A stretch of 32,591 nt of DNA from a virus (taxonomy: Duplodnaviria > Caudoviricetes): positions 1-32,591 of IMG/VR virus record IMGVR_UViG_3300006100_000039; one strand, 5' to 3'. Under the pieces are notes generated by a model that searched no databases, was not told where the DNA came from, and saw nothing but the letters and a program-made list of their open reading frames with translations. The position numbers were made by a program, and so were the translations under genes. Positions 1 through 7,121 of this stretch are shown here, one piece after another. Each line of letters starts with the position of its first letter. Position 1 is the first letter of the stretch.

Positions 1-1
1 C

Positions 2-85
2 CTTGACTACCTATGCCGCAAGTACGAGGGCATGCGACTCACACAGTTCATGATGAAAAAGTACAAGACAGTGTGGAACTCCTGA
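2..85 (+). CDS. 3' end of a gene entering from the left (…LDYLCRKYEG…), reminiscent of the C-terminus of actinophage metallophosphoesterase-like proteins
   Basis: Open frame from the window edge to TGA 83-85, overlapping the next ATG (TGATG). Product guess is from memory of a short motif only. Confidence 0.4.
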   Translation, partial: LDYLCRKYEGMRLTQFMMKKYKTVWNS

Positions 86-294
86 TGTGGTCATGGGTCC
101 TAGCCGTTATTGGCTCCTGTGGCCTGTTCTACGTAGGTAGCAAGAAACTCTGGGGTTGGTTCATACTTATCCTCAATGAAGGTGTATGGGTTGTGTATGC
201 CATACACACACGCCAGTATGGTTTTATTGCGTATAGTATAATGTACGTGGCAATGTACGTACGAGCAATTTTAAATTGGGGTAAAGATGAATAA
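85..294 (+). CDS. Small membrane protein, PnuC-like (about 69 aa, 3 hydrophobic segments)
   Basis: MWSWVLAVIG…GW…NE..W..YA…QYGF pattern. ATG 85 coupled to the upstream stop is preferred over track start 13. Confidence 0.6.
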   Translation: MWSWVLAVIGSCGLFYVGSKKLWGWFILILNEGVWVVYAIHTRQYGFIAYSIMYVAMYVRAILNWGKDE

Positions 295-430
295 CGAACC
301 AAGTGAAATAGACAACATTGACACAGTTGTAAGTTTTTGGGCAATTGACGAAACAATGCAACGACTTAGGGGTATTCTTAAAGAAATTGAAAAACTTTGT
401 GACCCCAAGGGAGATGACTATGTGGATTAG
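287..430 (+). CDS. Hypothetical protein (47 aa)
   Basis: ATG 287 to TAG 430 fills the gap and overlaps both neighbours in operon fashion. Confidence 0.4.
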   Translation: MNNEPSEIDNIDTVVSFWAIDETMQRLRGILKEIEKLCDPKGDDYVD

Positions 431-566
431 TAAAAAAAGACTGCACAAAAATATTGACGAGTTAGAAGAACAACTGTATCTTAACTACAAAAAATTAAAC
501 CTTATGGTTGTTGATGTACGCCGTCAGCAGCAAATCTTTGAAACCTTTAGAAAAAAATTAAAGTAA
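420..566 (+). CDS. Hypothetical helical protein (48 aa), paralog of 1276..1563
   Basis: MWISKKRL…LEE.L.L….LN aligns with the N-terminus of 1276..1563; GGGAG SD upstream. Confidence 0.55.
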   Translation: MWISKKRLHKNIDELEEQLYLNYKKLNLMVVDVRRQQQIFETFRKKLK

Positions 567-716
567 AAAAATGAAAACACCTGACTCTATTAAAATATTT
601 CCCAATGTAATACCGGATGAATTTTGCAACGAAAAAGACAAAAGGTTTAGTTCTTGGCTTGACACACCACAAAGTTTTGTTATAGATGACCCCGAGAAGT
701 ATGGTACACTAAGTTA

Positions 717-800
717 GTACTCACGTCATATGGCGTGAGTTACATAGAAGGAGTGCCGATTAAGGACGACCTCAGCCTTCTGTGTGACTCAGGCCAAATG
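717..800 (+). ncRNA. Candidate structured RNA (long hairpin with an alternative 5' hairpin)
   Basis: 737-751 pairs with 776-790 (15 bp, two G-U pairs valid only on +). TGG-TACACT extended -10 at 702-710. No long ORF. Confidence 0.35.
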
Positions 801-815
801 AAGTTTTAAAAAAAT

Positions 816-844
816 TTGACACCGGCATCAATATTGTGTATTCT
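816..844 (+). promoter_or_regulatory. sigmaA-type promoter TTGACA-17-TATTCT, leaderless start at ATG 851
   Basis: -35 at 816-821, -10 at 839-844, 6 nt before the ATG, no SD. Confidence 0.75.
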
Positions 845-850
845 TAAAAA

Positions 851-1276
851 ATGCAAACATTTCTTCCTTACTCAGATTACGAAAAATCCGCGTCGGTTTT
901 AGACAGACAGCGTCTTGGTAAACAGCGCGTAGAAAACTTGCAAATCATAAAGGCTTTAATTCAACCGGATTACGGGTGGCAGAATCACCCCGCCGTAAAA
1001 ATGTGGCAAGGCCACCTTATTTCATTGTTGGATTATCAGACAGCAATCTGTGCTGAATGGGTTGGTCGTGGTTACAAAGATACTTGCCTTGACAAATCAT
1101 TTGCTTTATTAGAAAATTTTAGCGGGGAACTTCGCATCGTAAAACCATACTGGGTGGGGGAAGAAAACTTCCATCGCTCACACCAAAGCAACCTTCTTCG
1201 CAAATTGCCCGAGCACTACGGAAATTTTTTTCCGGGGGTACCGGACAACCTTGACTACGTTTGGCCCGCGGCTTGA
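851..1276 (+). CDS. MSMEG_6728-family / pyrimidine-dimer DNA glycosylase (DenV-like)
   Basis: MQTFLPY…LD..RLGKQRVE..QI…GW.NHPA..MW.G…H.SH.SNL.RK motifs. Confidence 0.8.
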   Translation: MQTFLPYSDYEKSASVLDRQRLGKQRVENLQIIKALIQPDYGWQNHPAVKMWQGHLISLLDYQTAICAEWVGRGYKDTCLDKSFALLENFSGELRIVKPYWVGEENFHRSHQSNLLRKLPEHYGNFFPGVPDNLDYVWPAA

Positions 1277-1563
1277 TGTGGGTCAGCAAACGCAATCTGC
1301 GCTCTAAAATTGAAACCTTAGAGGAGTACCTTTTCCTAGAAGACAGGGCACTTAATGTTTCAATGCAAGAAGCAATTCGGAACCAACGTATATTTAATGA
1401 AATATATAATGTTTTAAATTTGGGCGACCCTAATGAATACTTTTTAAAAAGTTTAAAAAACAGGACCTATTCAATACAGCGCACTAAACTAATCACACGA
1501 CTGGTAGCGTTCAAAAAATTTTTTTCAAAAATCATTAACTACTTCATTAATAAACCAAATTAA
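1276..1563 (+). CDS. Hypothetical protein (95 aa), paralog of 420..566
   Basis: TGATG coupling to the upstream gene; N-terminal similarity to 420..566. Confidence 0.6.
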   Translation: MWVSKRNLRSKIETLEEYLFLEDRALNVSMQEAIRNQRIFNEIYNVLNLGDPNEYFLKSLKNRTYSIQRTKLITRLVAFKKFFSKIINYFINKPN

Positions 1564-1588
1564 TTGCTACGAGTGAATAACCGGCGGA

Positions 1589-2395
1589 CTAGTTTTTCCA
1601 GTCTTCTTCTGGTATCACTGACACTATCTCACCCTCGTGAATAACCAGTACATCTCCGCATAGGCATTCCCATAGCACCTCGCCTAATGAGTCCTCTACA
1701 AACAGGGTCATAAGCATGAGGCCATCGCCATCAATAAAACGACCTACACAAAACTCCCCCGAAATGCGATTAATCCCATCTACTATTTCTTGTAGTTCAA
1801 TAAGGTCATCAGGCTGGAATCCCTCGTGGATAATGTAATACTCTGCGCCCTCTATTTCATCGTCTTCAATGAAGTCTGTAAAGTGGTCTAGAACGGGCCT
1901 AAAAGGCGGTTCTACGGGTGCTGGTGCCATGTCCGATACTGGTGTATCCCCCCGCAAAAATTTTTCTATATCCTCAAATGGGCGTCTAGAACTATTTAGT
2001 CTTTGAAACGTAGAACTAATGACCTCTCTAGCCTCTTCAACACTTTGAAACTCCGTAAAGGTTTCCTTGCCGTACTGTTTAAGCCAGCTCTCAAAGGCTT
2101 CGTCTCCTTGTCCCCCTGGAAAAAATTCATCTCTAAAAAATCTTGACATAAGCGCCCTTGGCTTTCCCTCTACATTTATAATAAAATCACCAATAAAGGC
2201 GTTGACGAAGAACTCTTTACCAGAGTCACTCCACACTTCTAACTCTAGCATGTTATTTGTACGGCTGATGACAAGTACTTCTCTTGAACCGGTATTTGTT
2301 GTTTTGAAGACTTCCCGGACCTCATTAATGTTTTTGCCATCCCATTTGGTGTACGGAAACTCCACGCCGTCTTTTATTCGAATGCAGGTTTTCAT
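1589..2395 (-). CDS. Acidic phage protein (268 aa) with an apparent tandem duplication of a small domain (W.G.N..E…GD.II..EG)
   Basis: Long ORF with a leaderless promoter; FIGDFIINVEG and LCGDVLVIHEG segments. Confidence 0.75.
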   Translation of the reverse strand: MKTCIRIKDGVEFPYTKWDGKNINEVREVFKTTNTGSREVLVISRTNNMLELEVWSDSGKEFFVNAFIGDFIINVEGKPRALMSRFFRDEFFPGGQGDEAFESWLKQYGKETFTEFQSVEEAREVISSTFQRLNSSRRPFEDIEKFLRGDTPVSDMAPAPVEPPFRPVLDHFTDFIEDDEIEGAEYYIIHEGFQPDDLIELQEIVDGINRISGEFCVGRFIDGDGLMLMTLFVEDSLGEVLWECLCGDVLVIHEGEIVSVIPEEDWKN

Positions 2396-2401
2396 AGCAT
2401 T

Positions 2402-2429
2402 ATCGTACTACAGCGATGTAATTTGTCAA
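2402..2429 (-). promoter_or_regulatory. sigmaA-type promoter TTGACA-16-TACGAT, leaderless start at ATG 2395
   Basis: TGTCAA at 2424-2429 and ATCGTA at 2402-2407 on +; 6 nt to the ATG. Confidence 0.7.
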
Positions 2430-2451
2430 GTACTTGTAGGCTAAGATATTT

Positions 2452-2588
2452 TGAACATATGTTCGGAATAAGGGACCCAAAATGACCTCGCGTGGGTACC
2501 GTGGGGGGCCGTTGCGAACACCCGTTCGTATCGCTGTCAATTCCTGACCAATTTAGTCGGGATTAGAGCCGGGGCGAACACTTGTTCG
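2452..2588. promoter_or_regulatory. Three LexA (SOS/Cheo) boxes: 2452-2465, 2515-2528, 2575-2588
   Basis: TGAAC-ATAT-GTTCG, CGAAC-ACCC-GTTCG and CGAAC-ACTT-GTTCG match the Gram-positive/actinobacterial CGAAC-N4-GTTCG consensus. Confidence 0.7.
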
Positions 2589-2610
2589 ATTGTCGACCAT
2601 TTTAGTCATG
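2543..2610. promoter_or_regulatory. Two IscR/Rrf2 type-1-like palindromes (2543-2561, 2592-2610); third copy at 4019-4043
   Basis: CCTGACCAATTTAGTCGGG and GTCGACCATTTTAGTCATG; YYGAC-N7-GTCRR symmetry. Confidence 0.45.
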
Positions 2611-2704
2611 TTTCGATTTCGATTTTTTTCGTGTGATGAGCCCGAGCCCGAGCCCTGGCATTTTTTAACTTTTTATTGTGTGAGTGATTTTTTATCCAAC
2701 GAGC

Positions 2705-2730
2705 GAGCCCGGGCAGTTTCGCCCGGGCTC
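2705..2730 (-). terminator. GC-rich hairpin downstream of 2746..3573
   Basis: GAGCCCGGGC-agtttc-GCCCGGGCTC; no clear U-tract. Confidence 0.6.
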
Positions 2731-2745
2731 TCTCATTGTCACCGG

Positions 2746-3573
2746 CTAGAGATTGAACTCTCCCGGTAGTTTACTGGCTCTATCTGCGAGGATTTTAGTA
2801 GCCTTGATTTCCTCGAAACTGTCACCGTCTGGCTTCCAAATGTTTTTAGCAACTGTTACCTCGTTGTCATGTTGCTCTACCGCTTTACGCTCTTGGAAGT
2901 CGGCTTCAGTTAAGGCGTAGATTTCTACCATCTCTTTGGCCCATACTTTACGGATACCGGCCAACGCTTCAGCGATTGTGAACTCATCAATCTCTAAGGC
3001 CTTAGCCTCTTTGGTAGCAGTCCACAGATTGCCTAGCGTGTACGATTGGGCAACCCTTACACAACCGCATTGGTACTGCACCGAGTGTTTAGGAGATTTC
3101 CCTTTAGGGTATTTCCTAACCATTGGAACTACTGCATCTAGTTCTTCGCTGTATAGGTAGTAACTAGGCAGAACTTGTAGCCAGTAGTCCTTGTGATGGT
3201 GTCCGCCGTCACTAGAACTAAGGGCAACATCTTGCACCATCTTTACTAACTTAGTGCCGCCAGCGATTGGAACTATGCTCTCTAGTTTGAGACTAGTTCC
3301 GGCGTAAGTTCTGGCTAGGTCTACGCTCACCGCATTAACCTTACCGCCTAACGCTAACTGGCGAACTATCCAAGCCGTCTTATCTGTTTCGGTTAGTCCA
3401 GTCGTGGCCGTTTCGATTTCGGCCTTAAACTGCTCTAAGTTATTTAGCGCACCCTGAGCGATAGCACCCATGAAGTCGCCGGCGTATTCTGCAACCTCTA
3501 CAAGGTCACCGCCTAACTCTACCCACTGCTCCGCCTTTAGTGTTTGCTTACACACTCTTACTGAACGTGACAT
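2746..3573 (-). CDS. Hypothetical protein (275 aa), leftmost unit of the early array
   Basis: Long ORF with its own promoter, a CCGG leader hairpin (3594-3608), a downstream hairpin and an A-tract box. Confidence 0.8.
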   Translation of the reverse strand: MSRSVRVCKQTLKAEQWVELGGDLVEVAEYAGDFMGAIAQGALNNLEQFKAEIETATTGLTETDKTAWIVRQLALGGKVNAVSVDLARTYAGTSLKLESIVPIAGGTKLVKMVQDVALSSSDGGHHHKDYWLQVLPSYYLYSEELDAVVPMVRKYPKGKSPKHSVQYQCGCVRVAQSYTLGNLWTATKEAKALEIDEFTIAEALAGIRKVWAKEMVEIYALTEADFQERKAVEQHDNEVTVAKNIWKPDGDSFEEIKATKILADRASKLPGEFNL

Positions 3574-3634
3574 CTTTATTTCCTAACTGCTAAACCGGCT
3601 CTACCGGTAGTAAGGTCTTTACCTCACTAATACA

Positions 3635-3663
3635 AGTCTACCATACTTTAGGGGCTCTGTCAA
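3635..3663 (-). promoter_or_regulatory. Canonical promoter TTGACA-17-TAGACT (with TG extension)
   Basis: TGTCAA at 3658-3663 and AGTCTA at 3635-3640 on +. Confidence 0.8.
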
Positions 3664-3719
3664 ATCGGCTATTTTTAGGGATTTCTCCGAGGGGTCATTT
3701 TGGCCCGATTGTGCCGGGA

Positions 3720-4005
3720 ATAGGGCTCTATAAATAAGGTGTCTAAATTGGGGCTCCAGTAATCATAAGGGGTTTCGCTTGTGAAACATTTCACAAAGTT
3801 TTTTTTCGGGCATTTTTCAGGTCGGGGATTTTAGGTCGGTTTGGGCTCTAAATAAATAAGGTCAGGGCTCTAGGTCAGGGCTCTTGGATTTTAGGTCAGG
3901 GCTCTAAATAAATAAGGTCGGGGATTTAAGTTAGGGCTCTGATTTCAGTAATAAATAAGGTCGGTATTTTTAAGTCAATTTGGCTCTAATAAATAAGGTC
4001 AAAGT
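3720..4005. repeat. Non-coding direct-repeat tract built from (A)TAAATAAGGT(C), GGGCTCT and AGGTCRGG units
   Basis: ATAAATAAGGT at about 3730, 3852, 3908, 3951 and 3989; many GGGCTCT copies; no ORF. Confidence 0.75.
3779..3796. promoter_or_regulatory. Perfect Rex operator / CRP-family box TTGTGAA-ACAT-TTCACAA
   Basis: Matches both TTGTGAA-N4-TTCACAA (Rex) and TGTGA-N6-TCACA (CRP/GlxR). Confidence 0.55.
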
Positions 4006-4136
4006 TTTACCGATTTCTAATCTTGACTAAAATGGTCAGGATTTGGTTTCTTCCTTTTATCGCGCTTTTTAACCCGGGGGGGCTGGTGGTTTTTAAGTTT
4101 TTTCTCTGTGAGCGTTTTTTATTCCGGGCGCAGAAA

Positions 4137-4161
4137 AGCCCGGCTCGCAGTGAGCCGGGCT
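4137..4161 (-). terminator. Intrinsic terminator
   Basis: AGCCCGGCTC-gcagt-GAGCCGGGCT followed by a short U-run on the minus strand. Confidence 0.65.
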
Positions 4162-4186
4162 ATGTCTGCTCGCAGTTAGGATACGA

Positions 4187-4501
4187 TTACCAGTCGGCGT
4201 ACAACTTAATCTCGTAGCCGTTCTCGAGGGTGCGTTGCAACTGCCAGACCTCATTCCAGTCAAGCGGTACAAGGTCACGAAGGTTGTCATTCTCAGAGTT
4301 AAGGTCAGAGTTCCAAGCGTTCACTATGTCCTCTGTAATCTCGAAACTACCGATACCGCTTGGGTGAGTTTCGTAGAAGTGAGCCATGCTCTCACCAGTC
4401 ACCGATTCGATAACCGGGTAGGCACTGCTCTTTCTTAGAACTACCAAAGGTACTTGTGGCTTGTCGTCTTTAACTGCCCAGATGTAAGCGTCTAATCCCA
4501 T
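4187..4501 (-). CDS. Hypothetical phage protein (MGLDAY… type, 104 aa)
   Basis: GGAGG SD before ATG 4501; track start 4549 lies in the promoter/leader. Confidence 0.75.
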   Translation of the reverse strand: MGLDAYIWAVKDDKPQVPLVVLRKSSAYPVIESVTGESMAHFYETHPSGIGSFEITEDIVNAWNSDLNSENDNLRDLVPLDWNEVWQLQRTLENGYEIKLYADW

Positions 4502-4550
4502 TTCAATCCTCCAAGTAATCCACCGGCTTCTCCGGTTTCCTACTACCACC

Positions 4551-4586
4551 AGTCTACTACAAGACCTTTTATCGCGCGTGCGCGAT
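4551..4586 (-). promoter_or_regulatory. Array-type promoter (palindrome-14 nt-TAGACT), representative of 14 such promoters
   Basis: Same geometry (13-15 nt spacer to TANNNT) at the palindromes at 5001, 5575, 6005, 6520, 6923, 7527, 8517, 9276, 9893, 11541, 12433, 13540 and 14014. Confidence 0.8.
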
Positions 4587-4650
4587 GTATACGGCCACGC
4601 AGTTTTTAAGTTTTTTTCGTGTGGGCCTTTTTTATTCCGGACAGCAGAAT

Positions 4651-4672
4651 AGCCCGGGCTTTCGCCCGGGCT
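4651..4672 (-). terminator. Hairpin terminator
   Basis: AGCCCGGGC-tttc-GCCCGGGCT, nearly identical to 2705-2730. Confidence 0.6.
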
Positions 4673-4685
4673 ACCTGCTTTGTCT

Positions 4686-4931
4686 CTAGGCCGGTGTGCT
4701 GATTTCTTGCAGAGCCTCTAGGCCAGCCTTACGGATTTTATCCTTCTCATCATAAAGCGCACCGAACGCAGAGTGTAGGAAAGTTTCCAACTGGTTAGCG
4801 TTTCTAAAGAAGATTGCAAACCCTTCGCTTCTCAGAACTACGGTGTCATTGCTGTCGTCGTATAGGAAGTGAATTGCCTCGAATGGTTGCTCACCTTCTC
4901 CAACATGAATGTCTGCTCTTACTATTGACAT
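4686..4931 (-). CDS. Hypothetical protein (81 aa)
   Basis: GGAGG SD before ATG 4931; own promoter and terminator. Confidence 0.75.
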   Translation of the reverse strand: MSIVRADIHVGEGEQPFEAIHFLYDDSNDTVVLRSEGFAIFFRNANQLETFLHSAFGALYDEKDKIRKAGLEALQEISTPA

Positions 4932-5104
4932 AACTACCTCCGAGATTTCCACCGGCGTTTCCGATTTCCATCTACTAACAATCTACCATAGGGGGGGGGC
5001 ATCGCGCGTGCGCGATAATAGCAGTTTTATTAAGTTTTTATTTAATCGCGCGAGCGCGAAGTCAGGTTGCCGGAAGTTTTCATTTTTTTCTGCGTGGGGT
5101 TTTT

Positions 5105-5476
5105 TTATTTCTGACCAGTTCCGCCGGTAGCGATTTCGGTTCCGGTGGTTAGGTCGTAGATAGCAATTTGATTACGCTTCTGCCCTGCTCTGATTGCTGT
5201 CATTTTATCGGTGAAGGTTTCCACTACATCTAGGTAGACCAAGCCATCACTACGCCAAGCACCTAGATAGTGTGAGGCCTTATCTAATGTCCATCGGTAC
5301 TGCCAGAGAAACTTGCTGACTGAACTAGTGTCAAACTCTGCTTCGGGTATTACATCAGAGAAGTCTGTACCCATTGAAACTATGTAGCCGGTAGTCGGGC
5401 TAGTTCCATCTATTGTGCTGACACTAGCACCGCCCTCTGTCTTTACTGCTTCTACGAACTCTGTCACCTTAAACAT
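5105..5476 (-). CDS. Conserved hypothetical phage protein (GY.VS…YLGAW…G.VYLD…A…G….Q.AIYDL)
   Basis: Recognisable phage family pattern; the TAA stop falls inside the A-tract box. Confidence 0.8.
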   Translation of the reverse strand: MFKVTEFVEAVKTEGGASVSTIDGTSPTTGYIVSMGTDFSDVIPEAEFDTSSVSKFLWQYRWTLDKASHYLGAWRSDGLVYLDVVETFTDKMTAIRAGQKRNQIAIYDLTTGTEIATGGTGQK

Positions 5477-5704
5477 TTGCCCCCCAATTTTTTTTAGTGG
5501 TGGCCCTTGAAGTTTTGACGCTTACTACCGCCTGCTCCAAGAGCCACTACAACCAGAATACCAAACGACCCATTATCGCGCGAGCGCGATGCTAACCCAC
5601 TCGCAGTTTTTAAGTTTTTTCTGTGTGGCTGTTTTTTGTTTTGGAGGCACAAGGCCAGCCAGCCTACCCGGGGGGGTTTCAGACTGACTGGCCTTGCGAC
5701 CTTA

Positions 5705-5944
5705 CTACCTGCGTCTGCGGTAGTAGAACCTTACCCATAGTACTATCGTGTATCCAGTAAGGATACCTACGAGCCCGGCTAAAATGCTAGGGATAATGCT
5801 GTCTATCCATTGAGTTAGAACGTCACAGTTGTTGAAGGGGATACGGCTCTGTGTCCAGTAAAAAGAACCTACTAGAAACAACAACCCAAGACCCCAAACG
5901 AAACAACGCTCCTCTAATGTACCTTTTTGATTTCTGCGATTCAT
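5705..5944 (-). CDS. Small membrane protein (2 TM, 79 aa)
   Basis: Two hydrophobic segments, basic termini, AAGGAGG SD, downstream hairpin at 5650-5696. Confidence 0.75.
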   Translation of the reverse strand: MNRRNQKGTLEERCFVWGLGLLFLVGSFYWTQSRIPFNNCDVLTQWIDSIIPSILAGLVGILTGYTIVLWVRFYYRRRR

Positions 5945-6112
5945 AACTGCCTCCTTGTTTTTCCGGCTTCAACCGGCTACAAATAATTTATCACAACGGT
6001 TTGCATCGCGCGTGCGCGATTATACACCATTATCTTTTTTTCTTTTTAATCGCGCGTAGGCTCCGGCTAAAAGCCGAAGTTTTTAACTTTTTTTTGCGTG
6101 AGCGTTTTTTAT

Positions 6113-6304
6113 CTAGTAGCCCAGCCATTGCAACAATTCAGTTGCGTTGTAACTTTTGGTTTCCTCGTCATTGTCTACATCCTCTAAAAAGGAAACAAGC
6201 ATTTGCCCTGCTGCCGTCTTGTTGTTCCCGGCGTGTTCTAGGATTATTTTGGCTACCTGTTTTATGTTAAGGGTTACGCCCTCGGCCTGTTCTAGGGAGG
6301 TCAT
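6113..6304 (-). CDS. Hypothetical protein (63 aa)
   Basis: TAATG coupling to the upstream ORF; ends at the A-tract box. Confidence 0.7.
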   Translation of the reverse strand: MTSLEQAEGVTLNIKQVAKIILEHAGNNKTAAGQMLVSFLEDVDNDEETKSYNATELLQWLGY

Positions 6305-6462
6305 TATGCCACCGCCCTTTCCACTACGAAAACATCAGAGCCGTTTCCTGCTTCTTGCCAGTTAATCATTTTGTAAATGAACTTGATGCCCTGCTTGGTG
6401 TTTGCTGAATCTACTTCCCACTGGAACTTTTCCCCAGTCCTTGTATTCCGTAACTGCCACAT
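6304..6462 (-). CDS. Hypothetical protein (52 aa, MWQLRNTRTGEKFQWEV…), not in ORF track
   Basis: AAGGAGG SD, array promoter at 6500-6535, stop overlaps the next start. Confidence 0.7.
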   Translation of the reverse strand: MWQLRNTRTGEKFQWEVDSANTKQGIKFIYKMINWQEAGNGSDVFVVERAVA

Positions 6463-6712
6463 AACTGCCTCCTTGTTTTTCGGCTAACTGCCTATTAACA
6501 AGTTATCATCTCAGGTTGCATCGCGCGTGCGCGATTTAATAATGATTAAAAGGTTTAATTTTATCGCGCGAGCAGCACGGGTTGAGCCCAGAGTTTTTAA
6601 CTTTTTTCTGCGTGAGAGTTTTTTAATTGGAGGCGGACTGGTAGGGGTTTTACCCCCTACCAGCCCTGTATGACACTACCCCCGGGAGTTAATACGAGGG
6701 TAGCGGTTCTTT

Positions 6713-6862
6713 TCAACGACCCTTAAGCCGTCTCAATTCTTCAATGGCCTTTTCAAGTAAATCAACTAGACCCCTAGCGAAATCCTTAAGGTCGTCAATG
6801 TCCTTAGCCTGTGCTTCGGCAATTAAATCGTATGCCTCTTGCTGTTTTGTTTTTTCAGCCAT
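6713..6862 (-). CDS. Hypothetical helical protein (49 aa, MAEKTKQQEAYDLIAEA…), not in ORF track
   Basis: AAGGAG SD, array promoter at 6903-6938, downstream hairpin at 6638-6663. Confidence 0.7.
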   Translation of the reverse strand: MAEKTKQQEAYDLIAEAQAKDIDDLKDFARGLVDLLEKAIEELRRLKGR

Positions 6863-7121
6863 ACTGCTCTCCTTTGTTTCCGGCTCTTAACCGGCTACCA
6901 CCAGAATACCAAACGACCTATCATCGCGCGTGCGCGATACGTATGGGCTGGTGGTTTTTAACTTTTTTCTGCGTGGGTGTTTTTTATTCCTTTTGCGGTA
7001 TCTACGTTGCCATTCTCGTCACTCAAATACTTTGGCAATACCTAGGTATACCCCCTATGTCATCGCGCGTTAGGAGAGCCGAGAGCCGAGAGCGCATGGC
7101 TCTCGACTCCCGAGGTAAAAC

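Noticed and set aside
571-717. 48-aa ORF (MKTPDSIKIFPNVIPDEFC…) resembling a 2OG-Fe(II) oxygenase N-terminus
   Set aside because: Too short, no HxD…H motif and no SD. It may be a relic but cannot be supported.
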